Shown piece after piece: positions 1 through 10,460 of a DNA stretch of 64,000 nt. This DNA is from Promethearchaeota archaeon (GTDB taxonomy: Archaea; Asgardarchaeota; Lokiarchaeia; Sigyniarchaeales; SOKP01), in NCBI GenBank assembly GCA_029838195.1, contig JALGVJ010000011.1, positions 1-64,000 on the forward strand, written 5' to 3'. The number at the start of each line of letters is the position of its first letter. Position 1 is the stretch's first letter. The notes beneath the pieces are model-generated. The model had not been told where the DNA came from and did no database searches. It saw nothing but the letters and a program-made list of their open reading frames with translations. Position numbers and translations under genes: made by a program.

Positions 1-1545
1 TATGTTAACACGAAAAAAATCAAGTTAAACACTATAATAATTGAAATTAAAGAAACTCGACCTCTTGAAGAAAATGAAATAATCCTGATTGAAGTTAAAT
101 CTTTAAGATCAACCGATTATGAAATAAGAAATTTAACTATGAATTTACCATTGATTCAAACAAGACCCAATAATACTCCTCTTCATCTCCCAAAAAAAGA
201 ATTTGAAGGAAAACCTTTAGGAAATGAAGACTCAAGTGGAACTGGTAATGGAAAAATTAGAGAGGATGAAAAAGAAACCGTTTTAGAAATTTCTACTAAA
301 GACACAAAAGATGAGCTTTCATTAGAAGGAAAACCTTTAGGAAATGAAGACTCAAGTGGAACTGATAATGAAGAAATAAAGGAGCTTAAAAAAGAACCCA
401 TTTTAGGAATTCCTGTTAAAAACTTAAGAGATAAACCCGTATTAATTTATTTAAAAGATCAAAATAATGCTTTTACAGGGACATTGGAAGAATTATTAAA
501 AAGATTCTATCGAGAAATTAAAGGGGGATTTCCTATTGCTATTAAGCATGCTAGTTTTCAAACTTTTATTGACGAATTGAAAATCAATGGAATGGACGAA
601 GAAAATAAAATATTAACTATAGATTGTCAAAATAGCCAGGAATTGATAAATAAGAATACGGAACAGATTAGAAATTGGTTGGAAGAATCATATACACGGG
701 ACTTGGAATATATTATATTTAAGAATCTAGACTTAATATCAGACAAGTATCTCCCAAGAGAACACAAAATAGAAATAATCTCCCTTTCCTCAAATAATGC
801 CTTACTGGACGATTTTGAAGCAAAAATAAGAATTTGTCAACTTTTATGGGGTTTTGTAGACATATCGGAAACTGAATTGAAAAATCATTTTGATTTAAAT
901 GACAACATAAATTTTGACGACATCTTTAATTTCACACTAAATAAATATGAAGATTATTTTCAATCAATTCAAGTAGAACCTTTTATTGAGATTACGAATA
1001 GGTCAAGAAACAATGAAGAATCGGAGGTTCACTATAATTTAAAACTCTTTACGGTAAAATTCCTCTTAGAATCTTTAGGTTTAAAGAACAAGGAAGATTT
1101 ACCTAAAATGCGAGAATTCGTGCAAGTTGAACATGAATTAAGTAATGAGTCTGAAATCATTCCGGATATCTATGTTAGGGAAGTTGATGAAAGATTTTCC
1201 AAAGAGGTATTCGAAATTGAAACTTTATTTGGGCAAGGAAAATTACCTATAAAAAAAATTGATGAGACCATTAAAAAATATGAAGGGCAATCAATAAGGA
1301 GATTAAATATTGTATTAGAGAATATCACGTTAATAAATCATTTACATGAAATTGAAGGAAAATTAAAAAATCATAAAATTCTTGAAAAACAAGATAATAG
1401 AAATTTTGAATTAGAATTTTGGGGAATAGATATAGCTAATAATAGATTAATTGCATTTGAAGAAATTAAGGAAAAAGTTGAGGAATTTAAACAAAAAGGA
1501 TATTTACCCCTTTTCCCAGCTGATGAGAATTATATAAGACTATAA
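1..1545 (+). CDS. 5'-truncated protein with a possible C-terminal PD-(D/E)xK nuclease-like domain
   Basis: Frame 1 is open from base 1 into the ATG at 139, so the gene probably starts before the window. C-terminal 'VEHEL..IIPDIYV..VFEIETLFG' resembles a PD-(D/E)xK core. Confidence 0.5.
   Translation, partial: YVNTKKIKLNTIIIEIKETRPLEENEIILIEVKSLRSTDYEIRNLTMNLPLIQTRPNNTPLHLPKKEFEGKPLGNEDSSGTGNGKIREDEKETVLEISTKDTKDELSLEGKPLGNEDSSGTDNEEIKELKKEPILGIPVKNLRDKPVLIYLKDQNNAFTGTLEELLKRFYREIKGGFPIAIKHASFQTFIDELKINGMDEENKILTIDCQNSQELINKNTEQIRNWLEESYTRDLEYIIFKNLDLISDKYLPREHKIEIISLSSNNALLDDFEAKIRICQLLWGFVDISETELKNHFDLNDNINFDDIFNFTLNKYEDYFQSIQVEPFIEITNRSRNNEESEVHYNLKLFTVKFLLESLGLKNKEDLPKMREFVQVEHELSNESEIIPDIYVREVDERFSKEVFEIETLFGQGKLPIKKIDETIKKYEGQSIRRLNIVLENITLINHLHEIEGKLKNHKILEKQDNRNFELEFWGIDIANNRLIAFEEIKEKVEEFKQKGYLPLFPADENYIRL
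205..370 (+). repeat. In-frame direct repeat (EGKPLGNEDSSGT x2)
   Basis: gaaggaaaacctttaggaaatgaagactcaagtggaactg at 205-244 and 325-364, period 120 bp. Confidence 0.95.
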
Positions 1546-1705
1546 GAATTATAGTCTTTCATTCTCTTAGAAAATTAAGACAAATTACTCAAAACATACT
1601 TGAAATCACGAGAAGTTTGTTCTCTTTTACACTTTAACATCTCTAGAGAATTCCGTCTATTTAGATATAAAAAATATAAATAAAATATTTTAACTTAATT
1701 TTAAA

Positions 1706-4700
1706 TTAATTTTGAATTCTATTTTCTGTTGGAGGTTCCGAATGACGTGATGAAGTATGAGGTAAGTCTTTAATTTGATGATATATCTTATTTAAAGTAG
1801 AAAACACTTTTTTCGCCCAAATTTCTAATGATTCTTGTCGGAATTGTCCATTTTCCCGTAATAATAACTCATTTAACGCATCTAATTTTTTCCTGGACAT
1901 GCCAATAGATTTTGCAAAAGTATCTAAAAACGCCTCCAAGGTCATGCCTGTAATATTGCCCAAATATTGAATGTAAATCCTTCTTGCTCGACTCATGAAA
2001 TCACGATAACTCTCATGTCCCATGGAAATAACTATTTGGTATTCCCCTTTCTTATAATGCTTGCTCATTTTATATAAATGATATAAGAGCATTCCACTAC
2101 TTTCTGCGAGTTTGCGTTCAAAATCCCTAAAATTTTGTTCGACTTTTTCCTTTTCTGAAGTAAAGTTATTAGACATGCTTGTATCTGAAGAGATTCTTGA
2201 AGGAATATTCTGATACGATTCTGAAGTCGCTTTAGATTCTATTTTATACGATTGATAATCCTCAAGAGCTTTATAATACTGCTCTCCAATCCTAAAAGAG
2301 GGGCGGATGGCTTGAGAACCGGCGGCTGTAGGGGGAAAATGCTCCACTAAATACTGATGTTCCTTTAATATCCTAAATAATTCATCCCGAAGCTGTTGCA
2401 AGCGACGATTGCTCATGTTAGGTAGGTTCATGGCTTTTTCCTTCATGACCTCCAAAAGATATGTTTTTAGGGTGGCTTCATTAAGGTTCCCTACTTGCTC
2501 AATAGATTTGAGAGCCTCGAAAAACTGAATAACTTCAGGAATGAAGTCTTTAAATTTTCCCAAATCTTTTTCGAATAATGTGGATCTTAGTGTACTCTGA
2601 ATTCTCTGAATCCGTGTAGGAATTTTGAATCTCTCATATAATTCCTCCATGACTAAAGGCTTTGTCTCTTTAATCTCCCTCCACTCTACCTCAACAGGAA
2701 ACGGATAATCATTATCATGACGCTTGATAATGGTCTGGTCTTCTGGAAGTACTCGCAGATAGGAGAATTGAAGGGAATCATGACGAGTCTTGCTAAGCAA
2801 CCCTCGCATGTGAGTCGTATCTAAATTCATCAAATTACTTAAAATCTTGTAGTCATCTGAACTAATGATTCTAAATGTCGCATGATTGGGAAAATAGTTG
2901 AGGAAATATGGATGTAATCGAGAAATATTGGCAACCGAACAAATAATGCCCATTCGCATGTCTTTTAGCGAGGATAAAAAATGTTCTATCATGCTAAAAT
3001 CATCATAAAAAACGCGTTCAATGAAGTTCCGATCAAAGAAATAATCCACGTGAGGAAGGATGAGGTATTTTCTAATCATTGGTTGGTGATATCGAAAATA
3101 ATGAATGAATTTCAAGATAAGACTAAACATCGTAAAAATGCGAAGATTCAAAGAGGGCAATCGGGATAAATTAATGATAACTATTTTTTTTGATTCCATG
3201 ACTTCTTTCAAGGGAAAATCATGTTCCTCAAAAAATTGCTCCTCGGCTTTCAAAAGATAAAAAAACTCAGGATTATTAATTTCTTCTAATAATTCTAAAG
3301 TAGTTCGAGGGGAAGCTTGATTATTCATGAAAGAAGGCGGTTGCAAGTAATCATTTTCATACCCCATAGCAATACCATCAGCAGATAATTTTCGATCAAG
3401 GGATTCTTTCACGAATTTGCGAAGATATGCCGTAGTAGAAGGAGGTTTTTTGAACGCCAAACAAAATACTCTATAAAAATACTCTAAATATCTTACATTG
3501 TCAGGGTCATTGGGAATCCCCGATTGCAAGAGGTCCAAGATAAAATTCACGCCAATTGCCTGATAAGAAAATTTATCGATAAATAAGCTATTTTCCCCAT
3601 TCTCCCTATTCTCCCCCCGTATATTATCGAAATGTCTGATAAGCTTTGTCCAATTACCGTAAAAATCAAAAATAATGCAAGGACGATCTCGAATCGCTAA
3701 TTCTTTTGCGATTTTCATGAGAAGTAATTGTCGTTGTTCTTCCGTACCATGACTAATGAGTAAAGCATTTAATTGCTCTTCCGTAAACCCTGCGGGCCCT
3801 TGCTTTCCGTGATACTCTAAATCAATTCCATATCCTATCGTGATGAAATTTTCCAAATCTAAGGGAGTTAAAAATTCCGACCCTATTTTCGTAGCAATGG
3901 CTTTCTTTAATTCATCGGGCATATCAAAGAACGCTTGCAGTTCAGTACCTTGCATGACTTGATAAATCAAGTGCGTTCCGAAAGTGCGTATCATCTTGGT
4001 TTTTACCATTTGAACCGCTGTTCCCATGACTAACTTTCGAGAACGCAAGAATTCTACCTCTAAATTCTGTGAAAGGGATGCGGTTAATAAATTCGTTGCA
4101 AGAATATCCACTTGTCGTTTAGATTCCTCATCAATAGATTCTAAGTCCTCATTCGTTAAGTGATATTTTTTTATATTTATTTGAATAGATAACAGTAGCA
4201 TGGTTCGGTAAAATCCTCCGTGAGAACTCAAGTAGTTTTCTTTCTTATATTCCTCTATTTGTTTTTGAAATAATAAGGGATTTTCTGCTAAGAATGAACT
4301 TTTCTTGAGTTCTTTGGAGATATCTTTAACGCTCAAGGGTGAATTAATGAGAGTGTAGCTGAAACGTATTCCGTGTCCCATGATGGCTCTTAAAAATTTG
4401 GACATGTTCAAGTAATGAGGATATATTAAATTTCGAAGATTAAGCATCCGAATGATCATTTTCTTAGCACCAGATTGAATAAATAGCATTTCAGAATATC
4501 CTCGATATTGATAAAATCGCATTCGACGAAAAGGATTAATGATATCTAAATTCGAATGATGCCGGATTAAAAAATGAGTGAGTGAAAACAACGGCTTTCT
4601 CCACCACGCAAATAAAACGCCAATGAAAAGAAGAACAATTGATAACATTATCATTAAATTATTCACTTCATAATAGACTAATCCTTGATACCACATGGTA

Positions 4701-5617
4701 AAATAGATCAGCAAGAAAATGATTCGCAAGATGGGCTCTATAAATCTTACAAAAAACCTCGATAGTTCTTTTTCCTCATTTTTATCTTTTTCATCTTTAT
4801 CCTCAACACTGATAGGCAAGAAAAACGTTCTCAAAGCAAACAGCAGTTCCTTTCCCTGGAGTAATGTAAGCTTATAATGATGAAAATAATGAAATACAAA
4901 AGTTTTGAAAATATTAAGGCGTCTGTTTAATTCACTTGTTAAATCCTCTAAAAATGAAGGAATGAAAACGCCGTTCAAACACACGGGAATGATAATATAT
5001 ATCCGTGTATGCGTGGTTTTTTTTGCACTTTCCTCGTCCTCTTTCAGCACTTGTTCAAAGTGATTTTCCTTCAAGGCATATCTGGGCACCTGAACTACTT
5101 GATAGGTAAAAGGAATGCGTGCTGCTTTCCCCGCTAATGCCCTTAATAAAGAAATGAAAGATGCCGACACGTTTTCGGGTAAAATTTCCGTTCTGAACAC
5201 GCCCATTCCCACGTGCGTGAGCTCCCGTTTATTAGAAAAAAAAATCATCTCATCATGAGATTTTACTTTCCAAAATACCAAGTCCTCGAAAGGCCAGCAT
5301 TCAATTTTTTTATTAAATATCCGCCTAAATAAGTTTCTTAGTGAAAACCATTCCGCACTAAAAACAAATAAAAAAAACAATATCATGAAAAGTGCGTAGA
5401 AAAGATACAAGTAGAAAGGAATTAACAAGTTTCCAAGAAAAAACAAAAAAGAAAACACCATTATCGAAGCTACGAAAAATCGCAACATGATGATAAACAC
5501 GTTTAAATTCCTATAAGAAGGGTTCACGTCCCATAGATGATATTCAGAACCGGGCTTATTTGCTTCTAATAGAAACTTCATCACATCTTCGGGAGAAATA
5601 TTTTTATTTTTTGCCAT
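1706..5617 (-). CDS. Membrane-anchored HerA/VirB4/FtsK-superfamily-like protein with degenerate Walker motifs
   Basis: Two TM hairpins within a duplicated N-terminal module. 'LLISHGTEEQRQ..KELAIRDRPCIIFDFYGNW..IVIINLS..YLILPHVD' follows HerA/VirB4 motif order but lacks GKT and DE. Confidence 0.65.
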   Translation of the reverse strand: MAKNKNISPEDVMKFLLEANKPGSEYHLWDVNPSYRNLNVFIIMLRFFVASIMVFSFLFFLGNLLIPFYLYLFYALFMILFFLFVFSAEWFSLRNLFRRIFNKKIECWPFEDLVFWKVKSHDEMIFFSNKRELTHVGMGVFRTEILPENVSASFISLLRALAGKAARIPFTYQVVQVPRYALKENHFEQVLKEDEESAKKTTHTRIYIIIPVCLNGVFIPSFLEDLTSELNRRLNIFKTFVFHYFHHYKLTLLQGKELLFALRTFFLPISVEDKDEKDKNEEKELSRFFVRFIEPILRIIFLLIYFTMWYQGLVYYEVNNLMIMLSIVLLFIGVLFAWWRKPLFSLTHFLIRHHSNLDIINPFRRMRFYQYRGYSEMLFIQSGAKKMIIRMLNLRNLIYPHYLNMSKFLRAIMGHGIRFSYTLINSPLSVKDISKELKKSSFLAENPLLFQKQIEEYKKENYLSSHGGFYRTMLLLSIQINIKKYHLTNEDLESIDEESKRQVDILATNLLTASLSQNLEVEFLRSRKLVMGTAVQMVKTKMIRTFGTHLIYQVMQGTELQAFFDMPDELKKAIATKIGSEFLTPLDLENFITIGYGIDLEYHGKQGPAGFTEEQLNALLISHGTEEQRQLLLMKIAKELAIRDRPCIIFDFYGNWTKLIRHFDNIRGENRENGENSLFIDKFSYQAIGVNFILDLLQSGIPNDPDNVRYLEYFYRVFCLAFKKPPSTTAYLRKFVKESLDRKLSADGIAMGYENDYLQPPSFMNNQASPRTTLELLEEINNPEFFYLLKAEEQFFEEHDFPLKEVMESKKIVIINLSRLPSLNLRIFTMFSLILKFIHYFRYHQPMIRKYLILPHVDYFFDRNFIERVFYDDFSMIEHFLSSLKDMRMGIICSVANISRLHPYFLNYFPNHATFRIISSDDYKILSNLMNLDTTHMRGLLSKTRHDSLQFSYLRVLPEDQTIIKRHDNDYPFPVEVEWREIKETKPLVMEELYERFKIPTRIQRIQSTLRSTLFEKDLGKFKDFIPEVIQFFEALKSIEQVGNLNEATLKTYLLEVMKEKAMNLPNMSNRRLQQLRDELFRILKEHQYLVEHFPPTAAGSQAIRPSFRIGEQYYKALEDYQSYKIESKATSESYQNIPSRISSDTSMSNNFTSEKEKVEQNFRDFERKLAESSGMLLYHLYKMSKHYKKGEYQIVISMGHESYRDFMSRARRIYIQYLGNITGMTLEAFLDTFAKSIGMSRKKLDALNELLLRENGQFRQESLEIWAKKVFSTLNKIYHQIKDLPHTSSRHSEPPTENRIQN

Positions 5618-5802
5618 TATAATTCGTTTCCTCTCTTAACGTTTGAATTTTTAATTGGTTTCCTCATGATTTTTAAAAAATAATGATAAATTCTCATTAC
5701 CCTCTATTTCAGATAAAACTATTTAAATGAAAAAATTGGAAATCTTGTCTTCATTCTTAAAGAGTTTGTTTAAAATCAATTCTTATTATATCCGTGAAAT
5801 TT

Positions 5803-6162
5803 TTATTGATAGCCTCGGGAAAGCGTGGGATCATTTCCTGTAAAAAATTGAATGAACGAAAAGTCCAAGAACATGCCGGCTAAAATAAGAATTAACACGG
5901 CTTCCACCATGATTTTCACGCCTTTTAAACTTCTTCCGCAAAAGATTGTTAGTAATCCCCATACGAACATTATACCACCAAAAATCAAAAGCACGTTTCC
6001 CACGAAAACAAATATAGGATTTACGATGAAACCGAATGAAAAACTCATGCGAGCACGCCATGACGCTCCGAATAAGGGATATAATACCAATAAAAACAAG
6101 GCAATACCTATGAATGTGTATTCCACCATACTTGTCGTAGAATAATGTCTTTTTCTACTCAT
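5803..6162 (-). CDS. Small 3-TM protein, VirB2/TrbC pilin-like hairpin
   Basis: 119 aa with three hydrophobic helices and a 'GGIMFVWGLLTIFCGRSLKGVKIMVEAVLILILAG' hairpin. Lies directly upstream of the ATPase-like gene. Confidence 0.6.
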   Translation of the reverse strand: MSRKRHYSTTSMVEYTFIGIALFLLVLYPLFGASWRARMSFSFGFIVNPIFVFVGNVLLIFGGIMFVWGLLTIFCGRSLKGVKIMVEAVLILILAGMFLDFSFIQFFTGNDPTLSRGYQ

Positions 6163-6221
6163 AATACTTCTTATTACTTCCTCTTTTAATTTTTATAATT
6201 ACTTCCTCCCCATGAGGAACC

Positions 6222-6330
6222 TTTATAAAGAAAAAATAGTCTTAAAAATTATTTCCCTAAAACTCTTATTTAAAGAAAAAATCCGTTTTTAATTCGGAAC
6301 AAGTCCCAACCCTATCTTTTTATTTAAATA
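6222..6330. promoter_or_regulatory. Divergent promoter region with three T-tract/TATA motifs
   Basis: Minus strand TTTTTTCTTTATAAA (6222-6236) and TTTTTTCTTTAAATA (6267-6281). Plus strand TTTTTATTTAAATA (6317-6330), 25 nt before ATG 6356. Confidence 0.7.
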
Positions 6331-6355
6331 CTTTCATGAAAAATAGTATTTTAGC

Positions 6356-8392
6356 ATGATAACTCAACCATTTATCGATCAAAATGAGGACCTTGAATTA
6401 ACTCGAATAAAGTCCATCGGAGAAAAAACAGCGGAATTCTTGAAACAAGCAGGGATTCTTGACATTAAAGACTTGGCTCAAGCTAAAAAGGCTGTCCTCA
6501 CTTCCATAAAAGGTATAGGAGAAAAAAAAGCGGTCTCACTAATTAATGAAGCTAAAAACTATTTATTGACAAGGATCCAAGAACTTGATCCAAAACAACA
6601 CGCGGACCAAGAAGAGGAAATCCTTGAGAGTGAAGAAAAAAGCATGGAAATAAATCAAGAAGAGAAGTCTTTAACAAATGAAGTTAATTTCGAGGTGCTT
6701 TCTAGAGATACCATTGAAGAAATCAAAGAAAATACGACTGACGAAAAAAGAGAGATGGAATTAATAGAAAATGGATTTGATGAAAATTTTACTGATGATT
6801 TTTTAGAAAATGAAATAACACTAAATGAAAATTCATTCGTGACTGACCTCCTTTTCAATCCTTCAACAGACCCAGTTCGAAAATCTATTGAAGAATTTCT
6901 GGAAGATGATAACAGTTCACTTCAAGAAAACCTCGAGATACCCAGTTCTACTACGTCTACTTCTAAATTAATTGAAAAACCGAATAATAAGAAACGATAT
7001 GCTAAAATTAAAACATTAAAAAAGCACCTTTCTTTTGGCAATAAAATGCCAAAATTAGAAAATTCCCTTTCCTCCATGAACACATCGCCATCTCTCTCTC
7101 AAGAGCAATCGATAAATAAAGCAACACCTCAACCGAACATTGAAAAAGATTTACTCTCTCAAGAAGAATTGGAGCTTAAAAATTTAAAACAACAAGAACA
7201 ACAAAAAATAGAAAATAAAAAAGATACTTTACAACTCACTTTAACCAATTCAACCTACGAAAAAAAACTAAAAAAAATAGAAAAAAGGCTGAACAAATGG
7301 AGATATATACTTTTCGAACCCTCCATCATGGAAGACTCAACTGATTCAAGTAAAATACAATTCTTAATGGCCAAACCCTTGCATAATGATAACACGATTC
7401 TAATACCTCTAATACTCGTGTCATTGGAACAAGACACCGGAATGGACAATACTACATATTTAGTATCAAAACATTCTGTTCGCCTAATAGATTCCTCCAC
7501 CTCTTCCAGCGATCTCATTTCATGCGATTTTAATTTCCTTTATTCTCAACAACTTGCTTTACATGAAAAAATCTTACAAGGAGATAAAAAATATATTGAA
7601 AAACTTTCCAATGCTCTGGGATTTCCCCTGAAATATAATAACATTACCATGCAACTGTATTCAAATAATAATAATGATAAAAATAAAAATAATAATAAAA
7701 AAGTGAAGATATATCCGTTTACCTTACATCTCACCAATGCGAATGTTAAAATCGCAAATAACAAGATGACTTACTGCTATAATCGTAAATATAACATGTA
7801 TTTTCACTCTTTAAATGGAAACCTTACTTCGCTGAAATCTTTTCTTGATTATTTGGAAAAAAAACTCATTGCTATACATTTCCTTGAAAAAGAAACTATA
7901 AATTTCAGGAATAAAGAGTATCTTGCTACCTTACATCGTAATCTAAAAATCACATCATGGATATCTCCGTTTATTTTCATTATGGGACTTTCATGCCTTT
8001 TTACACTGTTCTTGGAGAACATACCTTTCAAATCCCTGATCATTCTTGGAGGGGTCATGACCTTCATTTTCTATATAATACTCTTATTGGGTGTCATGAA
8101 AACTTCCTTATCTAAACGTGCATTGTTAAAAAAAACGCTACTACAACCCTATTTTTTGCGGAAACCTTTTTTGAAAAGAGAGAAAATCAGCCTTTTACAG
8201 AAGAATTTTAACAATGGTATGTTCGAACAATTCTTAAGAGAACGCTCAATTAGTAATGCATCTCAAGTATTAACTCTACTAAAGCAATTTACTCTTGACC
8301 CATACCTAAATAAAACAAAAAAACACAAAAATAAGCAGAATAATGAAGAAAAGAAAGAGGAAAATGAAAATGAAAGCAAATTTTTTGAATAA
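6356..8392 (+). CDS. Helix-hairpin-helix DNA-binding protein with two C-terminal TM helices
   Basis: N-terminal 'IKSIGEKTAEFLKQAGI..IKGIGEKKA' tandem HhH, acidic linker, two hydrophobic helices near the C-terminus. Confidence 0.75.
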   Translation: MITQPFIDQNEDLELTRIKSIGEKTAEFLKQAGILDIKDLAQAKKAVLTSIKGIGEKKAVSLINEAKNYLLTRIQELDPKQHADQEEEILESEEKSMEINQEEKSLTNEVNFEVLSRDTIEEIKENTTDEKREMELIENGFDENFTDDFLENEITLNENSFVTDLLFNPSTDPVRKSIEEFLEDDNSSLQENLEIPSSTTSTSKLIEKPNNKKRYAKIKTLKKHLSFGNKMPKLENSLSSMNTSPSLSQEQSINKATPQPNIEKDLLSQEELELKNLKQQEQQKIENKKDTLQLTLTNSTYEKKLKKIEKRLNKWRYILFEPSIMEDSTDSSKIQFLMAKPLHNDNTILIPLILVSLEQDTGMDNTTYLVSKHSVRLIDSSTSSSDLISCDFNFLYSQQLALHEKILQGDKKYIEKLSNALGFPLKYNNITMQLYSNNNNDKNKNNNKKVKIYPFTLHLTNANVKIANNKMTYCYNRKYNMYFHSLNGNLTSLKSFLDYLEKKLIAIHFLEKETINFRNKEYLATLHRNLKITSWISPFIFIMGLSCLFTLFLENIPFKSLIILGGVMTFIFYIILLLGVMKTSLSKRALLKKTLLQPYFLRKPFLKREKISLLQKNFNNGMFEQFLRERSISNASQVLTLLKQFTLDPYLNKTKKHKNKQNNEEKKEENENESKFFE

Positions 8393-8423
8393 ATGAAACT
8401 AAGAATAATTTTTTTGACTAAAC

Positions 8424-9488
8424 ATGAAAAAAAGAAAAATGATAAGCGTGATTATTGGTTTCAGCTTACTATTCATGGGTGTCTTGCAATTACCGCCAGA
8501 GAGTAAAGCTTTTTCCTCAGAAGAAATCTTGGTGGATAAGGTATTTACCTTTCACACCCCTTCCGAGGACTTGGTTAGAGCAGTTCAGTTCAAGGAAAAT
8601 AAAACCTACTACATCCGCATGGAAGTGGTGACTCCGCATGCGTGTAATATAAGCATTAAGATCAACGATACCAGCCAAGATCCTTTATACGATATTTTCT
8701 ACGCCGCATTGAGCGGAGAATCCGCTTATGGCTATGTGAAAGAAGTACCCTTCGTGGCGGCAAGAAACGGCACGCACGTGGTCATGTTTCACGTGGAATG
8801 CCTGCTCAACATGAATATTTACATTTCTATTTATCGAGCAGAAGATTTAGTGGACTTAAGCAATACAATGGCATTTGATGTCCTCAAGATTAACCAAACT
8901 TTGACCACGCATTATTTCAATCTCACGCTTCTCACGGATACCATGTACCGCTTTCATTTCAGCCGAGTTTCCACGTTTCAAGAAAATATATCATTGCACA
9001 TTTACTTGACTTTCTGGGCACGAGCACCAGATGTGAATGATACAGAATTTCTGCTATTAATTAATGAAAGCATGCCACAAATAGGTGAAACCATATCCAC
9101 GTTTTTAGGCACTGCCATTAACGGCACCTATGAATTTTGGTTTGAATTAGAGACAAATTTAATCCCTTTCAATTTTTTATACAAGGTCGTGGAAGAACGA
9201 GAAATATCAGAGGAAATCTCAGGCAATTCTACGGTTCCTATTGATAATCAATCTGTATCTAATGGGAACAATGAAACAGACGATGAGGAGGATGATGCCC
9301 CAAAAGAAGAAGAACAGCCTTCTACTAATGATACAGATACACCTAATGAAAATATCACGATACTCGAAGGAACGATACCTCCACAGATTCGAACATTATT
9401 CGCGTGGGGAACTGTTGGTTTAATCTCAACAGCAATTATAGCCTTAATTTACACGCGCAAAAGAATACCTTTAGAATTACGGACTTAA
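8424..9488 (+). CDS. Secreted, C-terminally anchored surface glycoprotein
   Basis: Signal peptide, many N-x-S/T sequons, acidic linker, C-terminal TM followed by RKR. Confidence 0.8.
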   Translation: MKKRKMISVIIGFSLLFMGVLQLPPESKAFSSEEILVDKVFTFHTPSEDLVRAVQFKENKTYYIRMEVVTPHACNISIKINDTSQDPLYDIFYAALSGESAYGYVKEVPFVAARNGTHVVMFHVECLLNMNIYISIYRAEDLVDLSNTMAFDVLKINQTLTTHYFNLTLLTDTMYRFHFSRVSTFQENISLHIYLTFWARAPDVNDTEFLLLINESMPQIGETISTFLGTAINGTYEFWFELETNLIPFNFLYKVVEEREISEEISGNSTVPIDNQSVSNGNNETDDEEDDAPKEEEQPSTNDTDTPNENITILEGTIPPQIRTLFAWGTVGLISTAIIALIYTRKRIPLELRT

Positions 9489-9640
9489 TACCTTTTTTTA
9501 TTTAGTTCCATCTATTATTTAAGTTATTTTTTAATTTGTTGATCTAAATTTTTTTTAAAATATTCATAGATACGATACTAATGGAAATGAATTGGAAAAA
9601 ACTTGAATTAATTCATTCTGATATTTCTATAATTCAAGAG

Positions 9641-10327
9641 TTAAATTCGGCTGATTAATAGAATTAGCCTTTTCAATAGAAGTCTTATCAAACAGATTGA
9701 ATATTTTATCACGTAATAAAAGAGAAAAAGGCACCCAAATATCATAATGGAAAGAACCCATTCTTCAAATGTTTGATTCAAGAGATAAGTTGTATAAATT
9801 GCATTGGTGATGAAAAACGATATTATAACTAAAAAGAATTGGTATAATGTATATGTACCATTTTCCCCTAACGTGAGGAACACGTTTTTAATATCTACGC
9901 CACTTGGAGCCGCTCCAATAAATAATGAAATAATCAAGTATACCAAGAAAAATACCATGAGTGGCTCAAGTGAAGTAGAAAACAATATCTTCAGGCAAAG
10001 ATAGATCAAATACGAGGTAATATAAAGTGGGGCAAATGAGATCAAAAACATCTGGAAAAAGGTGATCCGCTGGTTTCTTTTAAAGCTCACGTAGCCGTGA
10101 TCATGAGCAACAAAAATATTTTTCGGCGTGACTCCTACCAGGAGAGAAATGATGTAATGGGAAAGCTCATGAATGGCCACGCCCAAAAATGACGAGCAAT
10201 ATATAAATGCCCGCAAAAGGCTACTTCTAAAATAACCAACTATTGCTTGGATGAATAGAGATGAAATGAAAATACCGATGAACATGGGCACATTGTCTAA
10301 TAAAAATATTTCTAATATAGCCATCAT
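9641..10327 (-). CDS. M50-like intramembrane zinc metalloprotease
   Basis: Polytopic, with 'AIHELSH' HExxH, 'ISFAPLY' and 'APSGVD' motifs. Confidence 0.75.
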   Translation of the reverse strand: MMAILEIFLLDNVPMFIGIFISSLFIQAIVGYFRSSLLRAFIYCSSFLGVAIHELSHYIISLLVGVTPKNIFVAHDHGYVSFKRNQRITFFQMFLISFAPLYITSYLIYLCLKILFSTSLEPLMVFFLVYLIISLFIGAAPSGVDIKNVFLTLGENGTYTLYQFFLVIISFFITNAIYTTYLLNQTFEEWVLSIMIFGCLFLFYYVIKYSICLIRLLLKRLILLISRI

Positions 10328-10460
10328 GTATTATTACTTTCTTGAGATTATTTAAAAAAAAGAACTTAAAATGAATCAACTAAAATTTTAGGAAAAAAGT
10401 TTTCATTTTAAAATTTTGATGATTTTTTTCTTTTTATACTTCTATAATTATATCTAAATC

